From an uncultured Deinococcales bacterium (GTDB lineage: Bacteria; Deinococcota; Deinococci; Deinococcales; JAAFIG01): DNA of 64,000 bases. The notes under the pieces were generated by a model. The model saw only the letters and a program-made list of their open reading frames with translations, was not told the origin of the DNA and did no database searches. The stretch lies in NCBI GenBank assembly GCA_964247135.1, contig CAXTTL010000001.1:1-64000 (forward strand), read 5' to 3'. The translations under genes were made by a program, and so were the position numbers. Below, piece after piece: positions 60,250 through 64,000 of this stretch. Numbering within the stretch: position 1 is the stretch's first letter; the number at the start of each line of letters is the position of its first letter.

Positions 60250-61773
60250 TTATTTAACGGCAACACTCAGCAGACGGTTGCGGTCATCGGGTGGCACGAC
60301 CCAACCCGAGACGCGTTTGTTCATGCCCCACAGGTTGACCCCTTGATAAAGCGGCATCTCGATGGCGACGTCTTGCAGGTAACGGGCGAGTTCCTGCATC
60401 GATTTTTGACGGGCTTTTTGATTGTAGGTGCCGCGCTCCTGCTCGAGCAGCGACTCGACTTTGGGGTCAGAAAACACGGGGTTCCAGTACTCGCCTTTGT
60501 GATAGAGCAGGTAAGCGGTGTTATCAAAATCGAGCGTCCAACCGCCCCAGCCAAAGTTGTACATGTGACCAGTCTTGTTTTTGGGGATGATGTCACTGAA
60601 ATAGGTGTTCTGCTCGAAGGTCTTGAGCGAAACTTTCAGTCCGATTGCTTGCAGGTATCCAGCAATGCCCTGGGCAACCTCGCGGAACTGCACGTCGCTG
60701 TCGGCAAAGTCAATTTCAAGCTCGGTTCCGGCGGGTACTTTGGCATCGCTAAGCAGCGCCTTTGCTTTTTCTGGATCGTAAGGCAGCGGTTTGAGTTTGG
60801 GGTCAAAACCCCAAGAAATTTCGCCCTGGAAGCTGGCAATCGGTTTGCCATAGCCCTGCAAAATGGTCTTGATGATCGTGTCGCGGTCAACCGCGTAGAT
60901 CATTGCCTTGCGAACCCGAACGTCATCCATTGGCTTCAAGGAGGTGTTAAAGCGCAACTCGGTGACGGTGGTGGTTCCAACGGGGACAAGTTGCGCGTCA
61001 TTGATTCCCTTAACGACGCTCGCCAAACTGACTGGCACGCCCTGAACGATGTCCACGCGCCCAGCTTGGAGTTCCGCCACGCGGGTGGCAGCCTCGGGAA
61101 TAAAACGGTAGGTCACGGTCTTGACCTTTGGAGCACCCTTCCAGTATCCAGGGAATGCCTCGAGCGTCAAATGATCGTCTTTGACATATTCGGTCGGGCG
61201 AAATGGACCGGTGCCGACGGGCAGGTTGTTGAATTTTTCGTCGCCAACCTCAGCATAATATTGGGGTGCAATGATCTTGGCGCCGTAACCGGCGAGCTTG
61301 GTGATGATCACCGGATCGGGGCGATCCATGATGAAATCCACCAAGTATTTGTTGATGATTTTGACCTCTTTGATTGCCGTATAATTGGCTTGCTGTGGAC
61401 CTTTGGCACCTTCGGGTCCGAGCAGTCGGTCAAAGGTAAATTTGACCGCGCTGGCATCAAAGTCCTCGCCGTTTTGGAATTTCACGCCTTTGCGCAAGCC
61501 AAAACGGATTACCGAATTGTTTTTCAAAAACGTCCAGCGCTCAGCCAGACCTGGTTTGATTTTCAGGTCTGGTCCACGGTCCACCAGTCCGTCAAAAATG
61601 TTTGAGCCGACCATGCCCCACGAGAGCAGGAAGGTGTCAATCGGGTCCCATGAGTGTGGGTCTTGGGTTTGCGCGATCACGAGCTTGCCTGTCGGTCCTG
61701 GACCTTGACTCAATGCCACGCCCAAACCGAGCGTGACAGCCAACACGGAAAACAACTTGATACGAAATGTCAT
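60250..61773 (-). CDS. Peptide ABC substrate-binding protein
   Basis: NIFDGLV, LRKGVKFQNGE, PVGTGPF, DVRVRKA. Confidence 0.92.
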   Translation of the reverse strand: MTFRIKLFSVLAVTLGLGVALSQGPGPTGKLVIAQTQDPHSWDPIDTFLLSWGMVGSNIFDGLVDRGPDLKIKPGLAERWTFLKNNSVIRFGLRKGVKFQNGEDFDASAVKFTFDRLLGPEGAKGPQQANYTAIKEVKIINKYLVDFIMDRPDPVIITKLAGYGAKIIAPQYYAEVGDEKFNNLPVGTGPFRPTEYVKDDHLTLEAFPGYWKGAPKVKTVTYRFIPEAATRVAELQAGRVDIVQGVPVSLASVVKGINDAQLVPVGTTTVTELRFNTSLKPMDDVRVRKAMIYAVDRDTIIKTILQGYGKPIASFQGEISWGFDPKLKPLPYDPEKAKALLSDAKVPAGTELEIDFADSDVQFREVAQGIAGYLQAIGLKVSLKTFEQNTYFSDIIPKNKTGHMYNFGWGGWTLDFDNTAYLLYHKGEYWNPVFSDPKVESLLEQERGTYNQKARQKSMQELARYLQDVAIEMPLYQGVNLWGMNKRVSGWVVPPDDRNRLLSVAVK

Positions 61774-61842
61774 ATCGTGACCTCCCCATGTCAAAGCGAT
61801 TGAGAGCATTGCGGACTGCCGCCTTGCGAATGCACCAAACCC

Positions 61843-62334
61843 CTATACCACGACCTCCTTTGCTGGCTCGCGCCTGAGCCACGCCTGCCAGTCCCAGGTG
61901 TTTTTCAAAATTTTGACGACCTGAATCGTTTCGCAGCTCGAGACTCCAGGAACGTCTGGCAGCGTGTGGGAGATAAAGCGGTACAACTCGTCGATTGAGG
62001 AATGCAGGCTTTCGACCACGATGTCGGCTGGACCCATCGCCAAGCCAACAAAACGCACCGCCTCGAGGGTGGCGATTGATTTGGCGGCACCCTCGGCGGC
62101 TCGAGGCACGGTTTTGACCAGGGTGATGGCATCCACTTTGATACCAAATCCGGCAGGGTCGCCGGTCGCCAGCACTTGCAGAAAACCGTTTTTGACCATC
62201 GCGTTGTAGCGCCGCCGAATCGTGCCTTCAGAGACACTTAGACGGCGAGCCATCTCGCGGAAAGCCATGCGACCGTCTTCTTGTAAAAGGGTCACGATTT
62301 GGTGATCGAGGGGGTCAAGGTCTGCGTAATTCAT
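61843..62334 (-). CDS. Lrp/AsnC family regulator
   Basis: LDHQIVTLLQEDGRMAFREMARRLSVSEGTIRRR. Confidence 0.9.
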   Translation of the reverse strand: MNYADLDPLDHQIVTLLQEDGRMAFREMARRLSVSEGTIRRRYNAMVKNGFLQVLATGDPAGFGIKVDAITLVKTVPRAAEGAAKSIATLEAVRFVGLAMGPADIVVESLHSSIDELYRFISHTLPDVPGVSSCETIQVVKILKNTWDWQAWLRREPAKEVVV

Positions 62335-62638
62335 GATTGTTTTTTTGACGCATTGCGTAAGATAATTGAACAGTAGCATACAAATGCGGCGATTGACAAG
62401 CATTCATCCACGTGTTACTCTCCTTTCACTAAACGAAGTTCCACCGTTCGGTGTAGCCTCGAGTGAAGCAGTTGTCAAAACCAAAAACCAAGCCACTGTC
62501 AGCAGATGACGAAGTTCTCGAGTATTGATCTCCCCTGGGAGAGCGTGCGCGGGAATTTAAGCGATTTTTACCAATCTTGATCGTTTTCAGTGCCAGCAGC
62601 AATCACCGTCTTCAGCGCAGTATTGGGAGGTCACACCA

Positions 62639-63508
62639 ATGCCCGTCGTGCAACTGAACGGAACAGCTATTTTTTACCTTCGCCGTGGTCATGGACTGCC
62701 CTGCCTGGTCATGCACGGTGGACTGGGTTGCGACCACACGTACATGCACCCCTGGATGGATGCGCTGGGCGACACCTTCGAGCTGATCTATTTTGACCAC
62801 CGAGGCAACGGGCGCTCGGGTCGCCCAACCCTCGAGACGCTCAACTTTGAACAATTTGCCGCCGATGCGGACGCGCTCCGTGCCCATCTGGGGTTTGAGC
62901 AGGTTGCTGTGCTGGGCAGTTCTTACGGCGGTTTTATTGCCCAAGAATACGCCATCCGCTATCCAAACCGTGTGTCTCACGCTTTTTTGATGGACACCGC
63001 GCCGGTTTTTGATTATGCCAATGAGGTCAAAATGCACGCCACCCGCAAAGGCGCAACGCCAGAGATGCTCGAGATTTTGGATTCACTCGAACCAAAGTCA
63101 GATGAAGACTTTGCCAAGATGATGGATAAGCTGGGACCGTTGTACTACTACAACTTTGACCCTGAGCTGGCGGCTCGAGCGATGGGTGCGACGATTTACT
63201 GCGCGTCTGCCGCCAAACGCGGTTTTGAGCTGCTCAAGGGTTGGGACACGCGTTCACGCTTGGCGCAAATTTCCGCGCCGACGCTGGTGCTGGTTGGGCG
63301 CGACGATTACATCACCCCGCCGAACAAATCAGCCGATATCCAGGCAAGGATTCCAGGCGCGGAACTGAAAATTTTCGAGCGCTCGGGTCACATGCCCCAC
63401 CTCGAGGAACCCGAAGCGTTTTTTGCCACCATCCGCGATTTTGTTCGGCGGACAAAGACGGCAAATCAGCAGCAAAATACCCGAGGAGGTGAGCCAACCA
63501 GAGCGTGA
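62639..63508 (+). CDS. Alpha/beta hydrolase (proline iminopeptidase-like)
   Basis: HGGLG, DHRGNGRS, GSSYGG, SGHMPH. Confidence 0.88.
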   Translation: MPVVQLNGTAIFYLRRGHGLPCLVMHGGLGCDHTYMHPWMDALGDTFELIYFDHRGNGRSGRPTLETLNFEQFAADADALRAHLGFEQVAVLGSSYGGFIAQEYAIRYPNRVSHAFLMDTAPVFDYANEVKMHATRKGATPEMLEILDSLEPKSDEDFAKMMDKLGPLYYYNFDPELAARAMGATIYCASAAKRGFELLKGWDTRSRLAQISAPTLVLVGRDDYITPPNKSADIQARIPGAELKIFERSGHMPHLEEPEAFFATIRDFVRRTKTANQQQNTRGGEPTRA

Positions 63509-63551
63509 CGTTGACGGCAACGAACGGATTGTTTCTTAAAGGGGGTCAGTG

Positions 63552-64000
63552 ATGAAAACGATGGCAAAGTGGTTTGGTTGGGGTATTGCACTGGGCACAT
63601 TGGCGCTCGGCATGGTCTTGGCACAGACCAAGGGCGGCAGCTTGACCGTGGCGCAACAGGCGGATGTGGTCGGACTTGACCCGCACACGGTCTCGGCATA
63701 CTCGAGCGCGGTGGTGGATGAGCAGATTTACGATTCGCTCCTGGCGATCACCCCCAAAGGCGATGTCACGGCGTCGATTGCCCAGAAGTGGGCGGTGTCC
63801 AAAGACGGGTTGAAATACACCTTCAACCTTCGCAAGAACGTCAAATTCAGTGACGGGAAACCCCTGACCTCCAAAGATGTCGTCTACTCGCTCATGCGCG
63901 TCATCGACCCAAAGACTGCCAGCCCGCGCGAGAACGATCTGGGCAAGGTCAAGTCCATCACGGCACCCGATACGTACACCGTTGTCATCAGCCTCGAGCA
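63552..64000 (+). CDS. Peptide ABC substrate-binding protein, 3'-partial
   Basis: MKTMAKWFGWG..GLDPH..QIYDSLL..YTFNLRKNVKFSDG; runs off the window. Confidence 0.88.
   Translation, partial: MKTMAKWFGWGIALGTLALGMVLAQTKGGSLTVAQQADVVGLDPHTVSAYSSAVVDEQIYDSLLAITPKGDVTASIAQKWAVSKDGLKYTFNLRKNVKFSDGKPLTSKDVVYSLMRVIDPKTASPRENDLGKVKSITAPDTYTVVISLE

Noticed and set aside
48970-61605. Long antisense ORFs (e.g. 48970-49977, 51458-52744, 60343-61605)
   Set aside because: They mirror well-supported genes on the opposite strand, as expected from codon bias

Overview
Bacterial chromosomal window, most likely Deinococcota (two-OB-fold SSB, Thermus-like sugar-binding protein, leaderless TAnnnT starts), with strong overrepresentation of the palindrome CTCGAG. 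It has two parts. (1) 1-24123 looks like the right end of an integrative element. It carries leading-region genes (DUF4326, DUF6117, tail-less ssb, DUF932), a probably 5'-truncated CHAT protease, a BTAD/NB-ARC/TPR regulator, two S8 lipoprotein proteases, tectonin-like lectin paralogs and other secreted proteins, and it ends at a 3'-half tRNA-Lys(TTT) att remnant. Inside it is the most interesting feature: two tandem 50/51-aa secreted-propeptide genes with divergent C-terminal tails, directly upstream of a leaderless TPR + winged-helix regulator. This is a candidate peptide-communication (RRNPP-analogous) system, with a decayed receptor stub recording the duplication. (2) 24.6-64 kb is catabolic: a DeoR-linked sugar locus (GH13, BadF kinase, three cupin isomerases, two ABC systems, one frameshifted binding protein), DUF917/hydantoinase genes, and a peptide ABC operon invaded by a RAYT transposase and two REPINs with 66-bp internal repeats. 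An aldo-keto reductase, an M14-like peptidase, a further peptide ABC system, an Lrp regulator and an alpha/beta hydrolase follow. All family calls come from motif recognition by eye; no searches were run.
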